Source: a virus (Duplodnaviria; Caudoviricetes). From it: a DNA stretch of 64,000 nucleotides. The notes beneath the pieces were generated by a model. That model searched no databases and had not been told where the DNA came from. It saw nothing but the letters and a program-made list of their open reading frames with translations. The stretch is taken from IMG/VR virus record IMGVR_UViG_2511231106_000004, positions 47,356 through 111,355 of that record, one strand, 5' to 3'. Positions within the stretch are counted from its first letter, which is position 1. The number at the start of each line of letters is the position of its first letter. The position numbers and the translations under genes were made by a program. Positions 54,466-63,487 of the stretch are shown here, one piece after another.

Positions 54466-56709
54466 TCACAAGAAATCTGTGACTTTCAGTTTCAATCCGT
54501 AAATGAAATACCCTGCTTTCCGCTTGCGCCTGTCGAACCCGGCTTTCTCCAGTGCTCCATAGAAATCCGTCGTGCTGCGGGTATACTCGTTCATCTGCTG
54601 GCAGTACAAGCGGTAGGCCGTATAAAGCGCCCCGGACTTTTCCTGGCATGATGGATCCACATCGCAGCAGTCTTCCAGGAAATGGCGGAGCCAGTCATTC
54701 TGCCCGCGGTATTCCTGGATAGCATCCCGCACACATTTCGGCATGGTCAGATGGTACTCGCTGGCAATGACCTTCTCCGCCCCTTCGATGATCCAGCGCA
54801 GGATAGCAGGACCGGCTGCTTCCACCAGATAATCCGCATAGTTCTTGATTTCGCCATGGCCTTCAAACTGTGCCTTGAAGGGGATGACGATAAGCCGGCG
54901 CCATGTCCCTTCATCACTGGCTCCGACGCGGGGCAGATGGTTGGTATACAGGACCAGCGTATGGGTCGGCACAAAGGTAAACGGCGTCTTGTATTTCTTT
55001 TCGCCGCCGACTTCATCCGTAGAGCAGAGCTGCTTCAGGACGGAAGTAGAAAGCCGGACACCTTCTTCCATCTCGGCCGCGATGACCATGCGCTTGCCCT
55101 TGAGTTCCGCCATTTCCGGCTTGATGTTCCGCTTGCAGTTCGCCGTCAGGGCATCCGCAGAAATACCGCCGCAATAGCTCCCCAGCACCCGGGCAATGGA
55201 ATTCCAGTACGTAGATTTCCCGTTCCGTCCATCGCCATAGGCAATGACCAGGGCTTCCACGTACACTTTGCCAATAGCCATAAGCCCGCAGATTTCCTGG
55301 GCGTAATCAATCAGCTCCTGGTCGCCCGTGAAAAACTCGTCCAGGGCCTGCTGCCAGACCGTCTCCCCTTCCTCTCCTGGATCGACAGCGGTACATTTGG
55401 TAATATAATCTTCCGGACGGTGATTCCGCCTACCCGCCATCCCCTGCCGCAGGTCATACGTAAACGAAGGCGTGTTGAGCAGGAACTCATCCGCATCCAG
55501 GGCCTGGATGGGAATGAGCAGCATCGGCTTCAGGGCCTGCAGGGCCGAAATGATGTAGCGCATATCCCGCCGCTTCATGACAAAGGCATAATATGCCAAA
55601 GCCGCCTGGTAGGACTGGAAGGCTTTCTGCTGACTGCCTTCGATGACTTTTTCCAGCATCCGGCCACCCTTATCGATGAGTTCTGCTGCAACGCCCATTT
55701 CCTGCAGTGCCTTCCTGCCAGCTTCCATCTGGTCCCTGGCATCTGCCAGCTGCAGTTCCAGGAATTCCTCCGCTGCGCCGATGGCTTCCTGATGGGATTC
55801 AGCCCAATAGATACCGTTGTACCGCAGGAAATCGGTATTTTCCGTATACCGCAGCTCATCACCATATTCCCGCTTCAGCACTTTGGCCTGACCGATATCC
55901 GAGTAGTCTTCCGGCTTCAGGCTGCCCTGACGGGCAAAATCGTTATTGTACTGGTCCGGGCTGATGTACCCATCCTGCCTGGCAATCTTTTCACCAAAAC
56001 GCACAGCGCTCTGCCAGATTTTATTGAGTTCTGCATCAGCAAGCGGAGGGTCGCATTTTTCGGCCTCTTCAAGGAAAATGGAGTAGGCCCGCTCTGTTGC
56101 TCCGTACCGTTTGATGACCCGGCCGGCAAAGCGGCTCATGGTATTATTGCGCTGTCCCTGGGGAATGCTGTGTATCCCGGCTTCCCGGGCCTTCAGCACC
56201 TGGTCGATTGTCATTTTCCCATTCTGCCACAGCACCTTCTCAGCCGGACATCCGTAGATGAAACGGGCTGCATCAAGAGCCGCTTCGTCGAAAAAAGGAT
56301 ATGCGTGATAAACAGCCCGCTTCAGCTCCGTATAGCACGGTTCATCTGTAATCTCGGGAATCTCAAAATAGACGTGAAAGCGCGGCCTGGCACACTTCCC
56401 GTCTTTAGGCTTCATGTGATTCCGTGATGGGACGATAGCCATGGCAACCTCCGGCATCATGGCCAAGAATTTCTCCATGGTCTTCCATTCAGCAGGATTT
56501 TCCGTATGCGAATTATCGCAGTCCATGACTAGGACATCCGATGAGAGAAAATTCTCCCGTTTCCGGTAATCATTTTTGAATGCTACACAGACATGGTCAA
56601 ACGCAACCGCAGCTTCAAGATCTTCGGCACAGCTGATTTTCCGTCGCTCTGGATAACGGCAATTAGCTTCTGCTCCCGTAAGAGCTGCCGTATAAAGGGT
56701 AAATTCCAT
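54466..56709 (-). CDS. Phage/plasmid primase-helicase, P4/D5 family
   Basis: DCDNSH, QGQRNNTM, GDGRNGKST, TNHLP, WRRL. Confidence 0.92.
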   Translation of the reverse strand: MEFTLYTAALTGAEANCRYPERRKISCAEDLEAAVAFDHVCVAFKNDYRKRENFLSSDVLVMDCDNSHTENPAEWKTMEKFLAMMPEVAMAIVPSRNHMKPKDGKCARPRFHVYFEIPEITDEPCYTELKRAVYHAYPFFDEAALDAARFIYGCPAEKVLWQNGKMTIDQVLKAREAGIHSIPQGQRNNTMSRFAGRVIKRYGATERAYSIFLEEAEKCDPPLADAELNKIWQSAVRFGEKIARQDGYISPDQYNNDFARQGSLKPEDYSDIGQAKVLKREYGDELRYTENTDFLRYNGIYWAESHQEAIGAAEEFLELQLADARDQMEAGRKALQEMGVAAELIDKGGRMLEKVIEGSQQKAFQSYQAALAYYAFVMKRRDMRYIISALQALKPMLLIPIQALDADEFLLNTPSFTYDLRQGMAGRRNHRPEDYITKCTAVDPGEEGETVWQQALDEFFTGDQELIDYAQEICGLMAIGKVYVEALVIAYGDGRNGKSTYWNSIARVLGSYCGGISADALTANCKRNIKPEMAELKGKRMVIAAEMEEGVRLSTSVLKQLCSTDEVGGEKKYKTPFTFVPTHTLVLYTNHLPRVGASDEGTWRRLIVIPFKAQFEGHGEIKNYADYLVEAAGPAILRWIIEGAEKVIASEYHLTMPKCVRDAIQEYRGQNDWLRHFLEDCCDVDPSCQEKSGALYTAYRLYCQQMNEYTRSTTDFYGALEKAGFDRRKRKAGYFIYGLKLKVTDFL

Positions 56710-56713
56710 GTTC

Positions 56714-57109
56714 TTAAACCTCCTCAATATACCGGACAGGCTTTCTTTTGCGCCGGGCGTACTCGATTTCTTTCTGCATCCCGTCCGAGATGGCATCGCC
56801 AAATACCCATAGTTCCGCGCACTTGGACAAAAGGGCGATATCCATGAAAAGGGCCAGGTCCCGCTCCGTCTTTTCATCCAGGAACTGGGGCAGGTACAGA
56901 TGCGGGGCCAGCGGGATGCCTCCCTGATTTGTCACATAGCGGCAGTACCTCCTCGCCCTGGCCGTATTGGCCTCCACATCCCCGGCATAGGGCGAACACA
57001 CGTATACCACTGGCCGGAACGGGAACCTTGCCGGTTCCGCATTCCGGATGGCCTGATAGGCTGTGGGGTCGGGATAATGTTCGGCGTTACGCTTCGGGTT
57101 CATCTCCAT
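56714..57109 (-). CDS. Conserved phage protein (DUF4406/DUF7768-like)
   Basis: YPDPT, VYVCSPY, PLAPHL. Confidence 0.8.
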   Translation of the reverse strand: MEMNPKRNAEHYPDPTAYQAIRNAEPARFPFRPVVYVCSPYAGDVEANTARARRYCRYVTNQGGIPLAPHLYLPQFLDEKTERDLALFMDIALLSKCAELWVFGDAISDGMQKEIEYARRKRKPVRYIEEV

Positions 57110-57311
57110 CGCGCACCTCCATCAGTTCCCGGGCACAGTCTTCACACAGGACCGCTGTCCCGAACAGGTCGCCCTTCCCATCGCCCAGAACTTCCTCCAG
57201 ATCCACCAGGATTTCTCTGCCACAAACCGGGCAGCGGCAGAATACATTCTCATCGTTGATTTCGATTGTGACTTCCATGGCATCATGAATCGGTTCCTTG
57301 ACGTAAAACAT
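57087..57311 (-). CDS. Small zinc-binding protein
   Basis: CPVCG, CEDC. Confidence 0.7.
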   Translation of the reverse strand: MFYVKEPIHDAMEVTIEINDENVFCRCPVCGREILVDLEEVLGDGKGDLFGTAVLCEDCARELMEVRDGDEPEA

Positions 57312-57314
57312 GCT

Positions 57315-57989
57315 TCATCCCTCCAGTTCTGTCTTGTAATAGGTCATGAGCATCTGTTTGCGCTGCTGGAAACCCGGACAGGAATACAGCAGACCGTAAT
57401 CCAGGTGCTGCAGCCGGTCCAGGGCATGGATCTGCCGCGCGGTCAGATAAGGCCGGATGCTCTGCCCTTTTTCGATGCCGTTTGCCAGCCGGAACTGCTT
57501 GGCAGACATGCCCAGCACGATACGGTTCAGCATGTCACATTCGTTGCTGAAGTGGTACGGCTTCGGGCTTTCATGCAGGCGGCAGATCATATCCGTCAGC
57601 ATTGGGAATTCCTGCCGGGCAGACAGAAGCGACCGGATGCACTGCTCCATCTCATTGAAGCGATGGATATAGAGTTCTTTGAAGCGCATTGCTTTTGCTC
57701 CGGTGTACCCCATGACCAGTATGGTAAAGCCATCTCGGGTCAACAGGTAACGCGGCAGTTTGCGGCCCCTGGCATCCCGATAGGCATTGCACTCAAAATT
57801 GAGGGCAATGAATTCTGGACTCAACCCGGAAGCAGGTGCAGTGATACGTTCGATATCACGCAGCACATTATAATGCTGCTTTTCAAAGACCGCTGCCACA
57901 AACAGGCTATCGACCCTGGCTACTCCTTTCTGGTCAGCGAACATACCGTAATCATCTTCAGGAATCAAATTTTTCATAGCGGATTCCAC
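57315..57989 (-). CDS. Rha family phage regulator
   Basis: DSLFVA..FEKQHYNVLRDI, LTRDGFTILVMGYTG..A..FK..YI..FNEME. Confidence 0.9.
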   Translation of the reverse strand: MESAMKNLIPEDDYGMFADQKGVARVDSLFVAAVFEKQHYNVLRDIERITAPASGLSPEFIALNFECNAYRDARGRKLPRYLLTRDGFTILVMGYTGAKAMRFKELYIHRFNEMEQCIRSLLSARQEFPMLTDMICRLHESPKPYHFSNECDMLNRIVLGMSAKQFRLANGIEKGQSIRPYLTARQIHALDRLQHLDYGLLYSCPGFQQRKQMLMTYYKTELEG

Positions 57990-58025
57990 CTTTCGTTAAA
58001 ATTTCCGAGGAACTCGTCCTCTATC

Positions 58026-58057
58026 AGTAGCAGGACAGAATCCGATGCTTTAAGTAC
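58026..58057 (-). promoter_or_regulatory. GTACTTA-N13-TGTCCTRYTACT motif, copy 2
   Basis: Between polymerase stop and rha start. Confidence 0.75.
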
Positions 58058-58064
58058 CCCCATT

Positions 58065-60053
58065 TCAATCTTTCTGATAAAATTCACATTCGTATCCGTC
58101 TGCCCGGAGCAACAATCCCTCGGCCCACGGAGGTGTACGTCCCATCTGCTCACAGATGGCATCGACACTGGCATCCCGGCTGCATTCGATGATCAGTTCA
58201 TCATGGACATGGCCGACGATGGCACAGCACCGCAAGGTCTGCATGGCATAGCAGAGGATATCCCGGCTGATGCCCTGGACGATGTTTTCCACGAACTTCG
58301 GGCCGTAGCTCTCCAGCCGTTCCCACTTTTTCGTTGCGCCGATGCCTTCATAGGTGACGGATTCCCCGCCGAAGCGGTTCTCGCCTATCCGGGGCTTCAC
58401 ATAGGAAAGCCGCCGTCCGCTTGGGAGCTGGATGAACAGCATGCCGCTCTGGCAGAGGAAGCGGATGCAGCCGGCCCGCATGGGGATCTGTTCCTTGATG
58501 GCTGTCTTCACGGTGGCATCCACCTGCCACCAGAAATCGACGATATGCGGATTGGCCGACCGCCAGGACTGCACCAAAGGATACAGCTCGTTTTCCGTAA
58601 GTCCCATGTCCAGGGCGCCCATGGCCTTCAGCGCACCTGTAGAGCCGCCATAGCCAAGGGCCAGTTCTGCGATTTTCCCTTTCTGCCGGAGATGTCCATT
58701 GACGCCATGTTTTTCCACCGGAACGCCGAACATGGAGCTGGCCGAAGCACAGTAGATATCCCCATTCCTGGCAAAGACATCCAAACGCCATGTTTCTCCT
58801 GCCAGCCACGACAGCACCCTGGCTTCAATCGCCGAAAAGTCCGATACGACAAACTTCATCCCTTTCCGTGGCACAAAGGCCGTGCGAATCAGCTGGGAAA
58901 GGACATCGGGGATGGAATCATACAGGAGTTCCAAGGCTTCATAATTTCCCTGGCGTACCAATTCCCGAGCTTCTGCGAGATCCGGCAGATGGTTCTGGGG
59001 CAGATTCTGCAGCTGGATGTGCCGGCCGGCAAATCGCCCGGTCCGGTTGGCCCCATAGAATTGGAACATGCCTCTGGCCCGACTATCCTCGCAGGCAGTC
59101 ATTTCCATGGCCTGGTATTTTTTGACCGAGGATTTGGCCAGCTTCTGCCGGAGCAGCAGTACACTGCGCAGCGGTTCTTCTGCCGTCTTCAGCAGTTCCT
59201 GCACCTGCTTCTTTCCCAAAGAATCGGTCTTCATCCCATGCTGTTCCAGCCAGCCGATCATCTGGATAACGGAGTTCGGATTCTCCAGGCCCGTCTTTCC
59301 CTTCAGTACAGCCATCAGGCTGTCCCGGCTGCGGGCATCGATGACGATGGCATTTTCAGCCAGCGTCCGGTCAATGGCGATGCCCCGATCGTTGATTTCC
59401 TGGTCGAGATGATATTCATCCCATATCGGTTCCGGGACAGGATACTTCTTCAGCCGCTCCTGGATGACCATTTCCACTTCCACATCCCGTTTGTTGTAGG
59501 ACTTGAACAGCGTCCATTTATCGGGTGCATGCCGAGGTAGATTCCTCGTTCTGCCGCCATTCAATTTGGTTTCCTTACAGGGAACGCAGAAATAGCGGAT
59601 CAGGTCTTTGCCTTCCTTCATCTTTTGGCTGTCCAGTTTCAGCACGGCCCCTGCGCCTTCCAGGGAAAGGGGCAGGCCCATATAGGCCGACCAGATCATG
59701 GAGCATTTCCATCCTGCCGGATTGAGGAACCTGGCACAGTCCCGGGAAAGCGGATGATGGTCATGGAACGGATCCAGGCTAATTCTCAGGTCACGCAGGT
59801 ATCGCGACAGGCAGACCCGTTCAAAACTGGCATTGAACGCCCACTTGGTGACAGATTCATCGGTCAGGGCATCTAGGATATCATCCGGGATGCGTTCTCC
59901 CCGCGCCAGGTCAACGACCTGCACCTTGCCGCCATCTATGGCATATCCGAAGAGGAGAATTTCAAAGGCCGGCGATTCAGCATATTTGTACACGCCGCAT
60001 TTGGCCAAGTTAACATCGCTGAATGTTTCAATATCGATACTGATGGTTTTCAT
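58065..60053 (-). CDS. Phage DNA polymerase, family A
   Basis: DIET exonuclease motif, RTGRFAG, DFSAIEAR, RQKGKIAELALGYG, HVHDE. Confidence 0.93.
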   Translation of the reverse strand: MKTISIDIETFSDVNLAKCGVYKYAESPAFEILLFGYAIDGGKVQVVDLARGERIPDDILDALTDESVTKWAFNASFERVCLSRYLRDLRISLDPFHDHHPLSRDCARFLNPAGWKCSMIWSAYMGLPLSLEGAGAVLKLDSQKMKEGKDLIRYFCVPCKETKLNGGRTRNLPRHAPDKWTLFKSYNKRDVEVEMVIQERLKKYPVPEPIWDEYHLDQEINDRGIAIDRTLAENAIVIDARSRDSLMAVLKGKTGLENPNSVIQMIGWLEQHGMKTDSLGKKQVQELLKTAEEPLRSVLLLRQKLAKSSVKKYQAMEMTACEDSRARGMFQFYGANRTGRFAGRHIQLQNLPQNHLPDLAEARELVRQGNYEALELLYDSIPDVLSQLIRTAFVPRKGMKFVVSDFSAIEARVLSWLAGETWRLDVFARNGDIYCASASSMFGVPVEKHGVNGHLRQKGKIAELALGYGGSTGALKAMGALDMGLTENELYPLVQSWRSANPHIVDFWWQVDATVKTAIKEQIPMRAGCIRFLCQSGMLFIQLPSGRRLSYVKPRIGENRFGGESVTYEGIGATKKWERLESYGPKFVENIVQGISRDILCYAMQTLRCCAIVGHVHDELIIECSRDASVDAICEQMGRTPPWAEGLLLRADGYECEFYQKD

Positions 60054-60108
60054 ACTCTTCACCTCGAAAAAACGGCGAGGCACAAGGCCCCGCCGCCGCT
60101 ATTCACTA

Positions 60109-60300
60109 CTACTTGTTCCGGAAGGATTCCATCTGCTTGCGATGATATTCTTCTTCCCGTTCTTCCCGGTGCCGGGCCATTTCTTCATCCCGCTGGTCTT
60201 TTTTGATATCCGTATAAATCATGGCCACGAAGAACCCGCCGGCGCACAGTGCGACCAGGCAGTACAGGCCGTCCAGAATCAGTCTCATCATAGTTTCCAT
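60109..60300 (-). CDS. Small membrane protein
   Basis: One hydrophobic helix then charged tail; GGAGG RBS. Confidence 0.65.
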   Translation of the reverse strand: METMMRLILDGLYCLVALCAGGFFVAMIYTDIKKDQRDEEMARHREEREEEYHRKQMESFRNK

Positions 60301-60312
60301 AATCGCGCCTCC

Positions 60313-60879
60313 TTATGCCAGGAAATCATCATCGTCAGCTGTAGCAAAATCATCTTCTGCACGGGGCTTGCCACCGAGGGGTTCGCCATCACGGATTTTC
60401 TGCAGATTGTTCAGTCCGCAGGCAATGCCTTTATTGCCGTTGCTGTTAAAGGCATAGAAGTTGATGGACGCACGGCCATAGACGCCGGAGTAGACTTCAG
60501 AGCGTTCTAGGATATGCTGGCAGTCGGCATCGACGATGCCCGGCTTGGTAGCCGAGTTGGCATTGATGAAGAAGCTGTCTTTATAAGCGTCATCGTCCGG
60601 GCGTTCCAGGTCGCCGTCACGGAGCGGTGTCTTGATGGCTTCGAGAGCCGGTACAGCGCGGCCATTGCCCTTGAGCTTGCTTTCGCCTTCTTCGTAGGCA
60701 GCCTTGATGGCGGCGCGGATCTTTTCTACGGTCTTCGTATCCGACTTGGGGATGATCAGGCTGACGCTGTACTTCGGCGTACCGCCATTGATGGACTTCG
60801 GTTCCCAGACGTTGGCATAAGACCATCTGGTATTGACTCCGGTAATCACTTTGCACGGATTGACATAATTCTTGGACAT
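60313..60879 (-). CDS. DUF2815 single-stranded DNA-binding protein (gp2.5-like)
   Basis: RWSYANVWEP, KYSVSLII, VYSGVY, acidic DDDDFLA tail. Confidence 0.9.
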   Translation of the reverse strand: MSKNYVNPCKVITGVNTRWSYANVWEPKSINGGTPKYSVSLIIPKSDTKTVEKIRAAIKAAYEEGESKLKGNGRAVPALEAIKTPLRDGDLERPDDDAYKDSFFINANSATKPGIVDADCQHILERSEVYSGVYGRASINFYAFNSNGNKGIACGLNNLQKIRDGEPLGGKPRAEDDFATADDDDFLA

Positions 60880-60892
60880 AACAAGTTCCTCC

Positions 60893-62020
60893 TTATTTTT
60901 CATCATTGAAATCATCTGCCGCGGTATGCATGGTCGGACGCTTATCCGATTCCGGCACCAAGACCGGCTTGCCCTGCGGCTTTTCCACTAAATCTGACAG
61001 CAGTTCTTCGAACCGCTTCTTGCCGAGCTGTTTCGTCATCGCCGTGATGCCGAGCAGCTTCCTTTCATATGGGTCGAAGCCCGCATCTTCCACTTTGGCG
61101 GCGACTGCTTCTTCACTTACGTAGCGGCGGTTCGACCGGCCTTCGACCAGTTTCCATCCGTCCCAATGCTTGCCGGACAGGGCCTGTTGCAAAGCGTATT
61201 CTTTGACATCCCCGGCCCAGTTCACCAGTTCATCGGCCTTGGCCAGGACGGCTTCGATTTCTTCATCCTGCAGCGTGGATGGGACGGCGAAATCATACTG
61301 AGCCAGTTCCAGGTTATATTCAGCCCGCTTGCGGCATGTCGCCTTGATTTTGCAAAAGCGGCAATGGTCGCCAGCCTTGTACTCCCCTTCGCCTTTGGCC
61401 GCCAGTTCCGCTGCGGGCTTCAGCACCGTTTCGGCCCACTGGAGCAACTCTTCCTTGCTCATGGTGCAGGTACTGACGTTGTCACGGCGGGGCTGGAAGA
61501 TGGTCATGGATACCTGGCGTATATCATAGATGCCATCGAACAGTTTTAGCGCACCGAGAGCATAACACATCATCTGCGGATTCTTCTCGGCATCCACCAG
61601 GACTCCCAGACCGTGCTTGTAATCGATGACCGTCAAAGTATCGTCGGCCACGATGAGACAGTCGCCTGTTCCGAATCCGCCGGGTACCCACTTGGAAAAG
61701 TCCAACCTTTGTTCAATCATGATCAGCGGATCCTTGCAGGATGCTTTGGCGGTGGCCAGGCATTCCATGACGAACTGCGCGTATTCATCGGTGCACTCCG
61801 CCATTTCCTCATCAAAGAATGTGAGTTCCTTCGTCGGGTCTTCCAGCTTTTGGCCCAGAGCCGTCTTTACCTTGAATTCGCAGAGCGTATGGGCATCCGT
61901 TCCCTGACGGGCGAATTCACTGGAGGTATCCGGCAGCTTGGCACATTCCTTCGCAGACGGAGGGCAGGCCAGCCAACGATAACAGGAAGATGCGGACAAC
62001 ACCGCGTGTTTATCCGGCAT
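60893..62020 (-). CDS. DUF2800 PD-(D/E)XK (Cas4-like) nuclease
   Basis: HAVLSASS..RWL.CP, GTGD, IDYKHG, NPQM..YALG, CRFC..C. Confidence 0.9.
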   Translation of the reverse strand: MPDKHAVLSASSCYRWLACPPSAKECAKLPDTSSEFARQGTDAHTLCEFKVKTALGQKLEDPTKELTFFDEEMAECTDEYAQFVMECLATAKASCKDPLIMIEQRLDFSKWVPGGFGTGDCLIVADDTLTVIDYKHGLGVLVDAEKNPQMMCYALGALKLFDGIYDIRQVSMTIFQPRRDNVSTCTMSKEELLQWAETVLKPAAELAAKGEGEYKAGDHCRFCKIKATCRKRAEYNLELAQYDFAVPSTLQDEEIEAVLAKADELVNWAGDVKEYALQQALSGKHWDGWKLVEGRSNRRYVSEEAVAAKVEDAGFDPYERKLLGITAMTKQLGKKRFEELLSDLVEKPQGKPVLVPESDKRPTMHTAADDFNDEK

Positions 62021-62321
62021 GGCCAATCACCTCCAGTTCCTTCAGGAATGCTTTGTACTGCGCCGTATCAATGCCGGACAGCTTGTCCGCCCCGTACTTC
62101 TGGATGAGGCTGCGGACTTCTTCTGTGAATCCCTTGCGAGCCTTGTCGGCAGCAACTTTGCGGACATCTTCCAGGGTCAGCGGCTTTTCTGCCTTCTCTG
62201 ACTTTGCTTCTGAAGCTGGCGGATTGCCTTCTTTCACCGCCATGGCTTCGGAAATCTTCAGCAGCGCCTTGCCGCAATCGGTCAGGGCTGCTGCCAGTTT
62301 CTGCAGTTCATCGTTTGTCAT
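62010..62321 (-). CDS. Conserved phage early protein
   Basis: LTLEDVR..KYGADKLS; precedes DUF2800. Confidence 0.75.
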   Translation of the reverse strand: MTNDELQKLAAALTDCGKALLKISEAMAVKEGNPPASEAKSEKAEKPLTLEDVRKVAADKARKGFTEEVRSLIQKYGADKLSGIDTAQYKAFLKELEVIGHAG

Positions 62322-62478
62322 ACGGATTGACTCCTTTCACATGTCTTTGCATTGATAAGAGATGGATGTTCCTGGCGATACTGCGGGTCGTGACGCTGAT
62401 GGCCATTAGCACCGCCGCCAGTTCCCGGTCCAGCTTTTGCTGCTGAGCCAGTTTCTCAGGTGTCTGTGTGTGAATCAT
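62308..62478 (-). CDS. Small hypothetical protein (56 aa)
   Basis: Manual translation MIHTQTPEKL..AVLMAISVTTRSIARNI.. behind AGGAGG; not in ORF track. Confidence 0.6.
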   Translation of the reverse strand: MIHTQTPEKLAQQQKLDRELAAVLMAISVTTRSIARNIHLLSMQRHVKGVNPYDKR

Positions 62479-62522
62479 CTGTCTGCCTCCTTTCTGAAAA
62501 GCTTCTTCGTTCGCCCTTCACT

Positions 62523-62554
62523 AGTAATAGGACAACCGCATCATCGTTAAGTAC
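62523..62554 (-). promoter_or_regulatory. GTACTTA-N13-TGTCCTRYTACT motif, copy 3
   Basis: Immediately after the sigma-gene terminator, before the early operon. Confidence 0.75.
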
Positions 62555-62561
62555 CGATTTC

Positions 62562-62598
62562 AAAAAATCCGGCCACCTTTTTTGGCAGCCGGATTTTT
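62562..62598 (-). terminator. Intrinsic terminator after sigma-like gene
   Basis: AAAAATCCGGC..GCCGGATTTTTT. Confidence 0.8.
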
Positions 62599-62604
62599 CC
62601 CCAT

Positions 62605-63105
62605 TTAACGGAAGTCTTCGAGGTGTTCCTTCAGGATTGCATAGAGCTTGTGTTTGCGCATGTTCACCGCTTTCTGGCTCAAGCTGACGGCCTTCCCGGT
62701 TGCCGCTTCGCTAGCACCGTCGGCAATCATCATCAGGATGGTCCGGTCGATATCCTGCAGAGTTGCCAGTTCATGGCGCAGCGCTGCCAGCAACTCTTCC
62801 TTCACGACTTCTTCCTCTAAGTTGAAGTCGTCAGGCACCTCCAGCTCGTAGTCATCCTGCGCCTTGTCTGCCGATATCTCATCGGCACCATGCCGCTGCT
62901 GGCGTTTATCTTCCCGCCAGAGCGGACGCATGAATTCATAGTACTGCTCTTTGGTTGCTGGAATCAGAATCGTACGCACCCTGCGGTTGCCGATTTTTGA
63001 CCAGTGGACTTCACAATCCTTGTACTCCTCTGTGATGACGGTTTCTGGAGTGAGTTCCAGAGGAATGTAATACTGCTTCTGTTTGTTTGTCTGTAGATTG
63101 GCCAT
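62605..63105 (-). CDS. Sigma-70 region 4-like (ECF-type) factor
   Basis: MRPLWREDKR, LEEEV..ELL..L..L..DR.I, SE..SQKAVN.RK HTH. Confidence 0.75.
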   Translation of the reverse strand: MANLQTNKQKQYYIPLELTPETVITEEYKDCEVHWSKIGNRRVRTILIPATKEQYYEFMRPLWREDKRQQRHGADEISADKAQDDYELEVPDDFNLEEEVVKEELLAALRHELATLQDIDRTILMMIADGASEAATGKAVSLSQKAVNMRKHKLYAILKEHLEDFR

Positions 63106-63282
63106 GCGCGATCTCCTTCGCATAATGCGAAGCGAGAATCCACGCAGGCAGCCTGTCGAAATTGACCATAAGATGCATCCTCGCTTCTATGGCCAACCAT
63201 CCCAGTAGGCTGACGTGATTAACTTTCCAGACCGTCTCTCAGCTCTGGGCACACCCGCGTCCGGGAGTGAACGTTGAGACGG
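63098..63282 (-). promoter_or_regulatory. Structured 5' leader: RBS-sequestering hairpin plus competing upstream strand
   Basis: Hairpin 63105-63146 covers AAGGAG; 63177-63187 can pair with its 5' arm; upstream stem CCGTCTC/GAGACGG. Confidence 0.55.
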
Positions 63283-63487
63283 AAATTTCATTCAAATGTC
63301 TTTATAAGCTCATCTATTTCCCCAAGGTATGATAAAATATAAGTAATTCATGGGGTTTCCTTGGTTGTCCAGATGCTTGCTCATTGGTTCTGTCTTAATT
63401 CTAGCAATTCCCTCTTGTCAAAAATCGGACTGGACGGACAGCCTCGGACAATTTCGGACTGGACTCCTTTAAAAGGTGGTGTAGCAT

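Noticed and set aside
1122-59540. Long plus-strand ORFs such as 1122..2852, 4193..5404, 6556..8322, 37704..39296, 47392..48867, 54682..56427 and 57285..59540
   Set aside because: Antisense shadows of GC-rich minus-strand phage genes, with no recognisable motifs
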